Below the pieces are notes generated by a model that worked only from the letters and a program-made list of their open reading frames with translations, was not told the origin of the DNA and did no database searches. The position numbers and the translations under genes were made by a program. A DNA stretch of 64,000 nucleotides from Negaprion brevirostris. Lineage: Eukaryota. Positions 1-12,693 of this stretch are shown piece after piece. Every line of letters begins with the position of its first letter. Position 1 is the stretch's first letter. Location: the NCBI GenBank assembly GCA_030324005.1, contig JARDVH010000193.1:104261805-104325804 (forward strand), read 5' to 3'.

Positions 1-960
1 TCTTTGTATCCACTTTCGTAACAAAAAAGACTCCAAGTCTAAAGTATGGCCTATTTTGTTTTCATATCTACCTTATTACTAACAGTAAATAAAAGCAATA
101 TGCCTTAGAGTTGCCCTTGAATGTATTAAGCTAGGTAAACACTGAAAGCATTGTTGTTTTAAAACAGATATTGAGCTCATTAAAGCTACATCTTAGCATT
201 GAAGGCGAACAGGCCAAATACAGAAGTAGTCATTTCAATGCCCTATGGTGTGTCCTGTCTTGATGTAATCATGGGAATCTATTTCCGTGGAAGCCAATCA
301 GAGTTGAGTGATAGAGGCAGAACTAGGAGATGGTGAAGACCACTTTTATCTCAGGAGTGGGGGAGCAAGGTTGGGATGGGGTTCATGTGGAAAGGAACCA
401 CTAAATGGTACGAATGCCCAGTTGAAAACACTGAAATGTTTTTGAAACACCTGCGGGCTTCAGATTTATTTGTTGGTAGGAACCTCTGGTATGGCCAATA
501 GTTGACATTTTATTTGGGATATTTCTGGCATTTTGGAGTCAATTGGAAATTTGTCTTGCAAGCCAAGACTAATTTCCCCTGCAGAGATATATAAAATATC
601 AAAGTAAAAGGCATTGTGGAGACTTTCACACAACTTTGGAGGAGACATTTGGTTTTTTTTATTGCAAATTTAACTCAAAATACTTCTGTGCGTTGTTGAA
701 ATGGGAGCCTGTACAGCACCTTACTATATTACAAATACATTTTTACATTCACAGGACAAATCTGGCTGATTATTGCATCTGTATCTATCCCAATCCCTGT
801 GGACTGGGGAAGGATTACTTCGACTCAGTGTTGCTGATCTAATTGTCTCAAATGAACTGTTTTTCCTTTTAGAAATATGAATAAATCAGGGACAAAGTCT
901 TAAATCTGAATTTTCTCAAGAATGTCTCTGAAACATTAAGCTGCCCTTTTCTGTTTTAAA

Positions 961-1418
961 TAAAGTTTAAAGTTTATTTATTAGTGTCACAAGTAGGCTT
1001 ACGCTAACACTGTAAGAAGTCTCGCAACACCAGTGCCATTCACCTGATGAAGGAGCCGTGCTTGGAACACTCATGATACCAAATTAACCTATTGGACTGT
1101 AACCTGGCATTGTGAGACTTCCACCCCAGTCTATTGCCAACATCTCCACATTAACACTGCAATGACGTTACTGTTAAAAATCTCCCAGTCACCACACTCT
1201 GGCGCCTGTCCGAGTACATTGAGGGAGAATTTAGCATGGTCAGTACATCAAACAAGCATGTCTTTCAGACTGTGGGAGGAAACCAAAGGACCCGGAGGAA
1301 AATCAAATGCAGTCATGGGGACAACGTACAGACTCATCAGACAGTGACTAAGCCAGGAATGGAATCTGGATCCTTTGCACTATAAGGCAGCAGTGCTAAC
1401 CACTGTGCCACTGTACTG
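961..1418 (-). mobile_element. tRNA-derived V-SINE (HE1-like body, tail type B), interrupted by a Penelope-like insert
   Basis: Reverse strand has the head gtggcacagtggttagcactgctgcc, the V-domain-like ...ggtttcctcccacagtctgaaagac, and the tail ...gcctacttgtgacactaataaataaacttt. Confidence 0.85.
1013..1151 (+). mobile_element. Short Penelope-like terminal fragment with degenerate hammerhead motif, nested in SINE
   Basis: cacctgatgaaggagc...aacctattggactgtaacctggcattgtgagactt...catctccaca resembles copies at 47749, 55800 and 57880; flanked by direct repeat taacactg (1005-1012, 1152-1159). Confidence 0.7.
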
Positions 1419-1749
1419 CACACATTACAAACATTATTGCTCATAACTTTGGGGTTCCTCAGCGTCACATTTAGGGGATACCCCAGTGATGCACTTAGGG
1501 AGTCTCTCTTGGAAGTTCCCGCGTAAGGATTTACCCAGCAATTGTCCAGGGGTGCTAACTTCCCCTGGATAATTTCACTATGCTAGGAAGTACTTGACAA
1601 TGCGATTTCAATCACTGATTTCAGATGGTTCTGTCAGCTTTACCCTCTGGCAATGAATTTATGATGACGCAATCTTGTTGTATGAAACTGCCCAAGATTC
1701 TGCTTATGGGCTAATTATTTCATCTAGTGACAACCAGGGCTTAATTTAG

Positions 1750-1925
1750 TCACCCTCCTGCCCAGGAGTCACACGATCTGGATTCAAGCCCTCCTCTGGG
1801 TCTTGACACTCCTGTACAGCACTGAGGGAGTGCAGCACTGACAGATGTGCCGTATTTCAGCTGAAACGTTAAACTGAAGCCTCATTGCCTATTTTGATGA
1901 ATGTAAAAGATACTGTGGCACTACC
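1750..1925 (+). mobile_element. Deu-domain SINE fragment (SacSINE1/AmnSINE1-like)
   Basis: gtgccgtatttcagctgaaacgttaaactgaagcc...gtaaaagatactgtggcacta matches the remembered Deu-domain pattern gccgtctttcggatgagacgttaaaccgagg...aaagatcccatggcact. Confidence 0.65.
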
Positions 1926-1929
1926 TTGA

Positions 1930-2119
1930 TCTGATTTTATTTGATTTATTATTTTCACATTATTAGCATACAGTGAAAAGTATTGTTTCTTGGACGCTAT
2001 ACAGACAAAATATACCGTTCATAGAGAAGGAAACGAGAGTGTATAGAATGTAGTGTACAGTCATAGCTAGGGTGTAGAGAAAGATCAACTTAATGCAAGG
2101 TAAGTCCATTCAAAAGCCT
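1930..2119 (-). mobile_element. Rex1/Babar-type LINE 3' end
   Basis: Reverse complement of the 3' UTR seen at 4440-4628 and 44120-44296 (tacaccctagctatga...aataaatcaaat). Confidence 0.75.
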
Positions 2120-2219
2120 NNNNNNNNNNNNNNNNNNNNNNNNNNNNNNNNNNNNNNNNNNNNNNNNNNNNNNNNNNNNNNNNNNNNNNNNNNNNNNNNN
2201 NNNNNNNNNNNNNNNNNNN

Positions 2220-2325
2220 CCGAGCAGATACTGAAGTGTGGCGACTAGAGGATTTTCACAATAACATCATTGAAGTGATAATGGAATTGTGTACTTGTGA
2301 CACTAAGTAATAAACTTTGAACTTT
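2220..2325 (+). mobile_element. V-SINE type-B tail fragment
   Basis: gtgtggcgactagaggattttcacaataacatcattg...gtacttgtgacactaagtaataaacttt. Confidence 0.7.
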
Positions 2326-2699
2326 TTTCCTCATTAAATGAAAGCATTGATTCTTTGCTGTACCATAATTCAATGTGAATTTGTTATCCTCTGGCAACAT
2401 TACAGGTGAACACTTTCCCTGTGTGAGGCTAGCTAGATCATATCAACAACTGCTTAGAAGTATAAGAATATGAGTAGCTCATTCCCCGTTTCATTGCAAT
2501 TGAAGCTGATCTGTATTCCAACTCCATTTATCTGCATTGGCTTAATACCCTTTAATACTTTTGGCTCGCAAAAATATATAAATGTCAAGAGATGTAATCA
2601 ATAATATAGCCAACAGATACTTTTTTTGTGATAATGAATTCCAAACTTCTACCACCTGTTGCATGAATAGGTTTTTCCTGCATTTATGTAGTACCATTA

Positions 2700-3008
2700 A
2701 CATGGTAAAGTGTGATAAGGTGTTTCACAGGACTTTGGCATTGAGCCACACAAAGAAGATACGAGGAAAAGTGACCACAAACTTGGTTTTAAAGAATATC
2801 TTAAAGGAGGAGAGAGAGATGGTGAAACNNNNNNNNNNNNNNNNNNNNNNNNNNNNNNNNNNNNNNNNNNNNNNNNNNNNNNNNNNNNNNNNNNNNNNNN
2901 NNNNNNNNNNNNNNNNNNNNNNNNNNNNAAGGAGGAGAGAGAGATGGTGAAACAGAAAGGTTTAGGGAGGGAATGCCAGAATGTAGGATCTGGAGAGCTG
3001 AAAGCGTA
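2700..3008 (-). mobile_element. Old L2-type LINE 3' fragment (spans an N gap)
   Basis: ttttaaagaatatcttaaaggaggagagagag...gtttagggagggaatgccaga...gctgaaagc is the typical antisense reading of an L2-like 3' region. Confidence 0.5.
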
Positions 3009-3009
3009 G

Positions 3010-4000
3010 CATCATGATTCCCATGGGAGAACCATAAACCAAAATAACCAAATTTACTTAATGACCCCAAAATGAAGGCTTTACCAACAAGGTTCCACTT
3101 TTTGTACCTTTAACACTAACATGAATTAGAACCAACACAAATGAAACATGATTTAACCGGCAAGTTATGCTCCAAATAAAAAGGTACATTTCACTTCAAT
3201 TATTTGATACAGCAATGTTACAGTTTATACTACCACAAGTCAATATAAATTTGGTTACACAGTTCCATAATATGTTGTCCTTGATTTAAGCAGTGTAGGT
3301 CAAGAATCATATGTGACCAGAGCTTTCACCTCTGAGCTGTACGTGTATAATTATCATCATCAAGGCATGCATCTAATGGAAACTCTTTCCATTGGATCAT
3401 GACATTCCTGATGTTATGGCTATCCAGAGTTTCTTACCCTGGTTCAAAGGTTGGTAATTGTTGGGAAAACTCCCAGTTCTTTAGTGTCTCCCAGTTATTC
3501 ACACAGCTTTCCAGGTTTTAGATTCTTTAAGCCAGATCGCTAAGTACCTTCAAGTGCCCCTGTCTTCTTTTCTGTCAAACAGAAAAACTGACCTCTTTCT
3601 GTGCATAAATTGCTTCTTATCCTCCAAATAAAATCTCTGTGTTCCTCTTTAAATCTATGTCTGGTTTTGCATATGTGCCTATGTCTGTTTACTGATTACC
3701 ATTTACTCTCCAGCTTCTCTGCCTGTGGCACTCCTTCGTGTCTCTGGTTCTCCTTCGAGTCTCCAGCTCTCCCTTATGTCTGCCAGTCATGCAACTTTTG
3801 TTCAACTTGCTTCCTATTAGTACTGCTTTCAGGTTAAAAGTTGACAGGTCACATGGACCAATGTTTCCTCTAACCAATAAAAATACAATTGATCTCTTCT
3901 CAATTGATATAAAATTTTTTAAAAACTTTTTGCGAAACTTTGTAAAAACAGTTAAAAATTCCAAAGACCTTTGAAGAAATTGCAAATTCTCCTTACCATA
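3010..4000 (-). mobile_element. Possible degenerate solo LTR
   Basis: About 1 kb non-coding block with LTR-like composition directly abutting the L2 fragment; termini are degenerate and no TSD was found. Confidence 0.3.
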
Positions 4001-4099
4001 CTACTTCCAGGTTCAAGGTAATCAAACCTGCCACAAATGAAAGAAACGGAAACAGTGGTTGTTGTTGACCATGTTGTTGGCCATGAGGATCGCTGAGGA

Positions 4100-4628
4100 T
4101 CAACAAGGAAATTTAGCATGTCAGCCACGACTCTCACCAACTTTTACAGATGTACCATAGAAAGCATTGTATCACAGCTTGGTATGGCTCTTGTTCTGTC
4201 CAGGACCACAAGAAACTACTAAAGGTCATGAATGTAACCCAACCCATCACGCAAACTGACTTCCCATCCATTTACTCTGACTACACTTCCCGCTGTCTTG
4301 GAAAAGCAGCCAGCATAATTAGGGATCCGACAAACCCCAGACATTCTCTCTTCCACCTTCTTCCGTCAGGTAAAAGATACAAAAGCCTGATGTCATATAC
4401 CAACCGGCTCAAGAACAGCTTCTTCCCTGCTGCCGTCAGACTTTTGAATGCACCTACCTTGCATTAAGTTGATCTTTGTCTACACCCTAGCTATGTCTTG
4501 AACACTACATTCTGCAGTCTCTTGTTTCATTTTCCATGAACGGAATGTTTTGTCCGTATAGCCTGCAAAAAACAATACTTTTCACTGTATGTTAATATAT
4601 GTGACAATAATAAATCAAATCAAATCAA
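4100..4628 (+). mobile_element. Rex1/Babar-type LINE 3' fragment
   Basis: ORF 4150-4467 ends TAWYGSCS...SRCLGKAASIIRDP...LLPSGKRY...RLKNSFFPAAVRLLN (C-terminus of this LINE group); (aaatc)n tail. Confidence 0.85.
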
Positions 4629-5106
4629 AAGGACCAACATACTGGAGTTCAAATCTCTCTCACCCAGTGCACACACAAAGGAATATTCCAACAAGGAATA
4701 GAGATGGTGATGAGGAACAGAAGATCTGTTCGGTTAACCACCTCCATGACAAAGGGACAGTGAGCCTTACTACAGCATCAGGTTTTGACGTTACGAGTAC
4801 AAGCCTAAAGTAGGCACAATGAAATGTTCCCTCCTGACTTCAGGAGAGCTTTGGGAAGGAGGTAAGAGAATTATTATTAGTGTTGAGGCCATGCAGGGCT
4901 GTGCAGAGAATACAAGAGCTGCGAAGGTGATTCTTACCACAGCAGCTCTGGTAAGAATATTATTTTTGCTTCTGCCTTGGGATCAATGTTGATGCCATTA
5001 ATATTTTCCACTGTTTCATTGTGCAGTTGGCACTAGCTGGGGGTTATGAGGATTATGTATTCTCCAACAGTAGTGCTGCTTGAGTGTGTAGTTTCACAAA
5101 AACACA

Positions 5107-5985
5107 GCTGGGATTCTCCCAAAAAATATTTTGAGTGCTAAATTTACGTAAAAACTGGGGTAAACCCTGCTGATTTTCTTTACGGGGTTTTCAAAATGAA
5201 TCTCACACACTCTAATCACTGCAGAATGCCTCAGGGAGATTTATGCTGAAAACCAAGGGCCAGAATTATTCCCGCCTGAGAGGCAGCAAAGCACTGAGGG
5301 AGTCACTGCGCATGTGCCGATCTGACATAGCAGAGATCGGTGCATNNNNNNNNNNNNNNNNNNNNNNNNNNNNNNNNNNNNNNNNNNNNNNNNNNNNNNN
5401 NNNNNNNNNNNNNNNNNNNNNNNNNNNNNNNNNNNNNNNNNNNNNTAACCCCACATTTGTGGCAGTGCAATCCCCCATACCCCGGTCGCTGACCTCCCAA
5501 TGTTCCCCCCAGGGGGCACCCTCGCTTACCTCCGACCTACTGGGAGGGTCTCCATGGCCTCCTTTCACTCCAGCGGGGTCAGGCCACCAGCTGCTCATTA
5601 GTGGGGATCTGTTGTAAACCCTACTAGAGTGAACCACTCTTGGTGGGCTATGGGGTGGGAGGGGAGCGAAGTTGGTGAAGGGAATGGTTAACGGGCCCAG
5701 AATCTTCTGTCCAGGGCTGCTAATGATATTAAAATGAAGTCCAAAGATTTGCAGGTAAAGTTGATTGGCCATGTTAAATTGACCCTGGTGTCGGGGGATT
5801 AATAGGGTAAATACATGGGGTTGTGGGAATAGAGCCTGGGTGGGATTGTGGTTGGTGCAGACTCAATGGGCTGAATGGCCTCCTTCCGCACTGTAGTGAT
5901 TCTATTCTATTCTATTTGAATATTTAAATCAGCTCTGCACCGATTTCCGCCCCCAGAACAGTGCCACAGGCTGGGAGAATTACCC
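5107..5985. mobile_element. PIF/Harbinger-type non-autonomous element (MITE) with nested SINE tail
   Basis: Termini gctgggattctccc ... gggagaattaccc; internal similarity to copies at 23181 and 26496. Confidence 0.65.
5738..5915 (+). mobile_element. V-SINE 3' half, tail type A (CR1-like tail)
   Basis: ggtgcagactcaatgggctgaatggcctccttccgcactgtag followed by (attct)n. Confidence 0.8.
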
Positions 5986-6139
5986 TTTGTTTACAGCCAG
6001 TACTCACACATTTGCATCTCTACATGAGGTCAGAGCATTTCTTCCTTCCAGATCTCCCTTACTTCTCAGTCAGGTGATGTGACATCCTTATTATATCAGC
6101 ATCATGTATACTTTTGGTTCCCTTTACTCAAAGAACAAA

Positions 6140-6929
6140 GAAGAACAAAGAAAATTACAGCACCTACTATGTTGCCGACTGAACTCAAACCCCCTACCCT
6201 TCCAGGGACCATATCCCTCAATTCCCATCCTATTCATGTATTTGTCAAGATGCACCTTAAAAGTCATTATTGTATCTGCTTCCACTACCTCCCCTGCAGT
6301 GAGTTCTCAGCACCATTCACTCGCTGTGTAAAAAATCTTGTACACAAACTTGAAAACTTGCCTTTCACACCTTAAACTTATGCCCCTTAGTAATTCACTC
6401 TTCCATCCTGACAAGAAGCATCTGAGTATCCATTCTGTCCATGCCCCTCATAATCATGTAGACTTCTAACAGCTCACCCTGCAACCTTCGTTGTTCCAAT
6501 GAGAACAAACCAAGTTTCTCCAACCTTTCCTCACAGCTAATGCCCTCCTTACAGGCAACATCCTGGTAAATCTTTTCTGTACCCTCTCCAAAGCCTCCAT
6601 ATCCCTCTGGTTGTGTGGGACCAGAATTGAACACTATATTCCAAGTGCAGCCTAACTGAGGTTCTATAAAGCTGCAACATGACTTGCCAATTGTTAAACT
6701 CAATGTCCCGACTGATGAAGGCAAGCATGCCGTATGCCTTCTTGACTACCTTCTCCACCTGCGTTGCCACTTTCAGTGTACCTGTATATCCAGATCCCTC
6801 TGCCTATCAATACTCTGAAGAGTTCTGCTATTTACTGTATATTTCCTATCTATATTAGGCCTTCCAAAATGCTTTATCTCACATTTACCTGGATTAAACT
6901 CCATCTGCCATCTCTCCCGCCCAAGTCTC
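6140..6929 (-). mobile_element. CR1 LINE 3' fragment (ORF2 C-terminus and 3' UTR)
   Basis: WQMEFNPGKCE; KKAYGMLAFI...VMLQLYRT...HLEYSVQFWS; EERLEKLGLFSLEQRRL. Confidence 0.92.
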
Positions 6930-6949
6930 AAATTGAAAAGAACAAAGAA

Positions 6950-9500
6950 AACTCCATGTCTCACCCTAAGTCTTTATTCCAAGATATATATCCTTCTGCA
7001 TGATCTTCAAAAGTCTCTGATTTCCCAAGGTTAGTCTTTGAGGTGTCGTGATTAATTTCTCTGATTTTCTTTTGAGCTTGAAGGTATATCATATTCTTCC
7101 TTCTGTTGGTGTGAATGATCTTTTCTTGGGTGGCTATTGAACTTGGAATAAATCTTTCTTCTTCTTCATCAGGATCTGAGTAGTCGCCCAAATTTCTTTT
7201 AGCTCCCTCTCAAAGGATGCTAAGGTGCTGCCGTTTCTTGTTATGGTAGTCTGGTCTGTCTCAATTCGTTGTAATATTGGTTGTGAGTTCTTTCAATAAT
7301 TGTGCTTTCCTTCTTAGTCTCAGCCCCATGCTCTTTCCCCAGGCTTCAGAACTGATAACACATATGCTCCATGCCTGTGATGAAAGTTTGCCTGGTTGCT
7401 TCTCTATTCTGCTTTATGCAGTTTTACCTTCTCGTGACTGTTTGTGATAATGTTGGTTTTGAGTTTTTGTTCTTGGCTGCTTATTGCACAATTTGAACAG
7501 TTGGAAATCATTTCTTAGGGTAATACTTGTCCTGCACACTGATTGCTGTGCTCTTGCATAACATTTTGCTGTTCCTAGGTGACCTTTGTGAAATCTTTAA
7601 AGAATATCAAGCTGAATTGTTACTTGTAAATTGTCAGTGACAGTAAGGTGCTTGCACTGTTCAGAATACTTCTGTAATATCAGATATGTGGAAATACAGC
7701 CTGGCCATTATTCCAAAGAAGATTTTCAAACATTCTTCATCTTGGGCTTTTGGTGCAGCAAAATTTGGAACATATATGCTTCAGACCTCCTCAGTGAAGT
7801 GTAAATCCTCTTGTTTGAGGATTTGTTTCTTTTAATAGTACTCATGACAATGACCGGAATTTTATTGACCGCCCGAAGCTTGTAAGATTGCGCCCGAGGC
7901 TAGTGGAGAATGCCATTCTGCAAGCCTTGGCCGCCCATGATGTCAGGACGGGTATGCCGGTAAAATCAGGACCAATATGTCTGCTGTTGTTTGATACTTC
8001 GATTTTCATATACTCTGTAATGGAGTCACGTCTCATCAATTTTAACCTGATCTGTTGGATTCAGGCTGGCACCATTGCAGGTCCCTTCATGTTCTGAAGG
8101 GTAACTAATGGTTTATTGTCTGCTTGTGTTTGGAAATGCAAATCCATAACAATCTGAAAGTTTGTCAGACAAACACATTGCTGCCAATGTTTCTTTATCG
8201 ATTGTGGCATATTATTGTTCTGTTTCTGTAGGTGACAAAAAAACATATTAGACTGGTCTATGCTATGCTTGAAAAGAACTGTCCTCAGGCCTGTAGACGG
8301 TGCTTTTGCTGCAACTATGGTCAATAATTCTGTGTCACAATGTTTCAAGGTTTCAAAGGAGATTAAAAGTTGTTAATCCTTTCAATAGCATTTTGCTAGT
8401 TTACATTTCAGCATCACTGTGGGCCCTCTTTCAACGGTTGATCATTAATCTCTACTAAATTTGTAAGAAACTTCCCCACTTGATGACCATCCTAATGAAT
8501 TTCTGAAGCTCAGTTGTATTCCTGTGTTGTGGAAATTTGCTGAATACTTTCATTTCTTGTGGATCAACTGTGATTTCAGTGACATGTACTATGTAATCAT
8601 CGGTTTAGCAAACTCACATTTTTCATTAAATATTAGGCTTTCATCCTCTAAGAATCTCAGGCCCGCTTTGACTCTGTGATCATGCTCTTCTCTCATACAG
8701 CCATGTGTAAGTATGTCACTGAAAGGACATATTACTCTTCTCATATTCTCTGAAGTGTGAGGCATTGCTCTCTGGAACATTCCTAGATCCGACGTTAATC
8801 CAAAGGGCAATCTATTGAAAAATAATTACCAAATGGCAATGTGGTCGACCCTGGATTCTGTGTGTAGATGCAATTGCCAAAATCCAGTGTTCCTATTCAA
8901 TTTGGTAAACTGGGATTCTTGGCTTGTTTGGCAAAACCCTCTTCTATTGAGGTAATTGCACAGATTTGTTTAGTTGAGTTAAATCTCGCATTGCGTTAGA
9001 TCTCACATTGCACTGATTTGTTTAGTTGAGTTAAACCCATACAGAATTTTATAAAGCTATTTGGATTTGGGACCATAACATTTTGTTGGCATGGCGACCA
9101 GTGAGATGATCCTCTGCTGCTACATCTTTTCAATTTCACCCTTGACTTTGTCCAAGAGTGGGTGAGGGACTCAGTGTAAAGAGATAAATTGGTTTAACAT
9201 CAGTTCATAGAGTGATGTGGTACTTAACTTTCCTGGGCCTGTAAACAATTCTGGAAATTCATTTCAAAACACTCCATTGTAGTTCTCATCGGCGACTTTG
9301 CCCACTCAGTAGATTAATTTCAGTTTTAGCATGAGAATGCCTGATTTTGATGTCATAGAGAGTTGCTCAAACTTTATATTTCAGCTTTGTCATGAGTTGA
9401 GCTTTCACTTTTAAAGTTGTGCCACCAGGACAGATATAATCTGTTGGATGAGGGCTGCAGTATAATCCATTTGAGCCATTTGACTTTGGGAACCATTCTC
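6950..9500 (-). mobile_element. Degenerate Ty3/Gypsy LTR-retrotransposon pol (RT, RNase H, integrase)
   Basis: RT: MPFGLTS...FQRAM...DILTHG...EEHDHRVK...NEKCEF; RNase H: ...STGLRTVLF...ADNKPLVTL; integrase zinc-binding HKGHLGTAKCYARAQQSV near 7540-7595; many stops and frameshifts. Confidence 0.88.
7852..7973. mobile_element. Short (~120 bp) Harbinger-type MITE nested in Gypsy pol
   Basis: Imperfect TIRs gaccggaatttta ... taaaatcaggacc; aat on both flanks (3-bp TSD). Confidence 0.65.
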
Positions 9501-9504
9501 TTGG

Positions 9505-10030
9505 GTTGCTAGCCTTTGGCAGAAATCACGGTGGTCCATTGAAAAGCGTGTTAGACAAAAAATGGGATTCCTGCCGGGTGTCAAACTCACTGCCAGTAAT
9601 TCTGGCCGCTACACTGGCCCTGATCAGGTTGCCAAACATAGTGGACAGGAACCTGATGAATAATCAGAATTTTTCATTTCAGTCACATTATTAATTCAAT
9701 GCCCTTTTGTGATGCACCCACACCCACCCTGCCATTCCTGGGAAGCCAGAAGTCCAACAATTGAGAAATGTGCAGTTCCTGACAAGTGTGAGCCTGGTGC
9801 CTTGGATTCTGGGAGGGGGGATGCAGGGAGGTAAATTTTGTGCCCATGTACCCCTCTGCCAAATGGTAGAAAGAGCATCTTTAAGGGACTGAGGGGGAGT
9901 GAGCATGGTCTCAGGCTTTTTCACTTTGGTTTTTCTTTTGGTGGCAGCATTTAGAACAAAAACAGGAGAATTGCGCTCTTCATCTGATAATACAGAAACC
10001 CCTGCTCCTGTGTCCAGTTTTAAACGGTAT
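9505..10030. mobile_element. Harbinger-type MITE fragment
   Basis: Starts ggcagaaatcacgg; GC-rich core of the kind seen in the other MITEs of the window; right terminus not found. Confidence 0.4.
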
Positions 10031-10144
10031 GCTTTTGAAGTTTAAAGTTTTACGTAAAGCTTATTTATTTATTAGTCACGAGTAAGGTTTACATTAACAC
10101 TGCAGTGAGATAACTGTGAAATTTCCCCAGTCGCCACAGACCTG

Positions 10145-10585
10145 GTATGCTGCTGCTTCTGTGTGCAGGTGGTGGAGGGAGTGAATGTTTCTGGATGGGG
10201 TGCCAATGAAGGAGATTGCTTTGTCCTGGATGTCAAGCTTCTTGAGTGTTGTCGGAGCTGCACTTATCCAGGCAAGTGGAGAATATTCCTTCACGCTGCT
10301 GACTGCAGTTGATGGACAGGTTTGGGGAGTTGGAAGGTGAATTACCTGCCACAGAATTTTTTGACTCTGATTTGCTCTTGGACAGATAGCATTATATGGC
10401 TCTTTCCTTTCAGTTTCTGGTCAATGGTAATGTTTAAGATGTTGATACTGAAAGATTCCACTGGTTATGCCATTGAATGTCAATTGTGTTAGAGATGGTC
10501 ATTGTCTGGTACTTGTGTGGCATGAATGTTACCTGCTACTTGTCAGCCCAAGCTAAGCTATTGTCAAGGTCTTGTTGCATTTGTG
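10145..10585 (-). mobile_element. Old CR1-group LINE fragment (family also at 22800 and 39590)
   Basis: MKEYSPLAWISAAPTTLKKLDIQDKAISFIGTPS...SLHHL. Confidence 0.8.
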
Positions 10586-10934
10586 CTGTGCTTAGTGAAT
10601 TTTTTTCTGTAGGTTTCCCAGTTCAGTGCCTATTGCAAGCCTCCTGCATTCTGAAATGGTTCTAGGAGTAATATGTAAACTCTATGCTTCTGTCAAACCC
10701 TGGAGTTGTTCCTGCTCTTTGCTGCTCTTTGTTACTTTTATCCTATGTTCATTGCTACCCGGTCTTAGGGTCCATGTCTCCACTTTTGTCGGTTGTTCCA
10801 AGATGTTCCAAATTCATTGTAGATCTTCATTCCTTTCCTTTACTTGTTCCTTCAGGGATTTCTTTTCTTGCCAGCCCAGTGTTGTGTTTTTAAGAACTGC
10901 TGGATCTTTTGCTCGTTGTCACCAATGAAGTAGG

Positions 10935-11235
10935 TAAGTTTGTTTATTTACTAGACACAAGTAAGGCTTACATTAACACTGCAATGAAGTTACTGTGAAA
11001 TTCCCCGAGTCGCCACAGTTCAGTGCCTGTTTGGGCCAATGCACCTAACCAGCAGGTCTTTCAGACTATGGGAGGAAACCAGAGCACTTGGAGGAAACCC
11101 ACACAGGCATGGGGAGAATGTTCAAACTCCACATCGGCAAAGACCCAAGCTGGGAATCGAACCTGGATCCCTGGTGCTGTGGGGCAGTAACCCGGATCCC
11201 TGGTGCTGTGGGGCAGTAGTGCTAACCACTATAAT
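10935..11235 (-). mobile_element. V-SINE, tail type B, with a small duplication in the head
   Basis: Tail tttatttactagacacaagtaaggcttacattaacactgcaatgaag; ggatccctggtgctgtggggcagta is present twice (11165 and 11194). Confidence 0.85.
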
Positions 11236-12199
11236 GCTATTATGCTGCACCACGTTTTGTTTGTTTGTGGTTGGGGTCTAGATAAGGATTTTGGGGACTT
11301 GTCTATTCTCTCAAAGCATACTTCTCAACTCTGTAGCTACACTAAAGCATTACCCTTTACTTACAGGGGGTTCTGTACTTCTGTAGAAGATGAAGCTTCT
11401 CCTTCTTCTTGATCCGTCTCACTTGTCAGTTATGTGATGTGGCTCATTGTTACATCAGCATCATGGATGTTTCTGATGTTAACCCTTAACTCAGCACATA
11501 TCATCTCTTTCCCTCTCAGTTGTGGATTTTTCCTTGGCACCTACGGATGATCAAAAGGGTTGAGGATTTTTCTCCAGTTAGCCATTTGTTCCATCGCCTC
11601 CTTCACTACCGCATCAGGGATACGTCTGTTCTCTTGAATACCAAATTAGCGGCAACTGCAAAATCTGCGCAGGGCGTGTTCTAATATCTAGGATGGCTAC
11701 CACATGTACCATGTCCATTGTTCTCCAGAATATCAGTACATTTGTGATGTTAATAGCTGCAAAGGAACCAGTAACTTCATTGCTTCATTCATTCTATAGT
11801 ATTTAACTCTACCTTCAGGCACAACAGTGAAAATAAAACCCTTCAAGCCCTGCATGATCAATTCTTATCTTGGTCGCTTCTCCCAAATTTGGCCAATATT
11901 TATTCTCATTCCTCCATCATCAAAACAGTTTATCTGGGAAATAATCACTCTTCTTCTTGCTGTGTAGAAATTGGCCTCAGAATTCCTCTATGTTAAATCA
12001 GTCACCTGACTACATCGTTTGTAAAACACTTAGAGACAGCCTGAGCTTTAGAAAGTGCTGCATAAATACAAATTCTTCCTCCTTTGTAACTCTCACTGGT
12101 TGATCAGGATACAGTATCCGCAACCTATCTACCATCAATATGAGCCTTGAATCAATGACATTATTCTTTGCCTCAAATAAAAAAAAAGGCTAAAATTTA

Positions 12200-12312
12200 A
12201 TACAGTCCTGAGGGACTGAGGCACGGTCAAAAGTATGGTCTTTTGTATCAGACATTAAAATGAGGCTCTGTTTCCCATCTTCAATCTGATGTAAAAAAAA
12301 CCCATGACACCT
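12200..12312 (+). mobile_element. Deu-domain SINE fragment
   Basis: gtcttttgtatcagacattaaaatgaggc...gtaaaaaaaacccatgacac. Confidence 0.5.
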
Positions 12313-12324
12313 GTGGGAGAGAGA

Positions 12325-12690
12325 GACGGTGGCAGGGTGGTAACATTACTGATTTGTAATCCTGAGGCCTAAACTAATACGCTGGTGACCTGGCACCTGA
12401 GGGAAATTGAATTCAATTAATCAATCTGGAATTGAAAGCTAGTCTCAGTAATAATGTGCACAAAAATAACATCAATTGTTAACTGGTTCATTAATATCCC
12501 TTGAGGGGAGGGAATCTGCCACCCTTCTCTGACCAAACCTGGCATCTCCACATTAAACCGAGACTAGCCCATATATGCCTCCAGACCCATGGCAATGTGC
12601 TTGACTCACAACTGCCCTTGAAATGGCTTCGCAAGCCAGTCACTTTCGGGGACTGGCAACAAACACTGGCCTGGTCAATGATACTCGAGT
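12325..12690 (+). mobile_element. tRNA-derived SINE, family of the 60968 copy
   Basis: Shares aatctggaattgaaagctagtctcag, ccagacccatggcaatgtgcttgactc and the 3' tail with the 60968 copy. Confidence 0.7.
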
Positions 12691-12693
12691 CTC

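Noticed and set aside
2804-2953. Identical aaggaggagagagagatggtgaaac on both sides of a 100-N gap
   Set aside because: Most likely overlapping contig ends (assembly artefact), not a biological repeat
8955-9035. Short direct duplication attgcac(a/t)gatttgtttagttgagttaaa
   Set aside because: Two-copy local duplication within a dead Gypsy RT; no array structure
10590-11830. Purine-rich minus-strand sequence that might be gag of the adjacent Gypsy pol relic
   Set aside because: No diagnostic motif could be read
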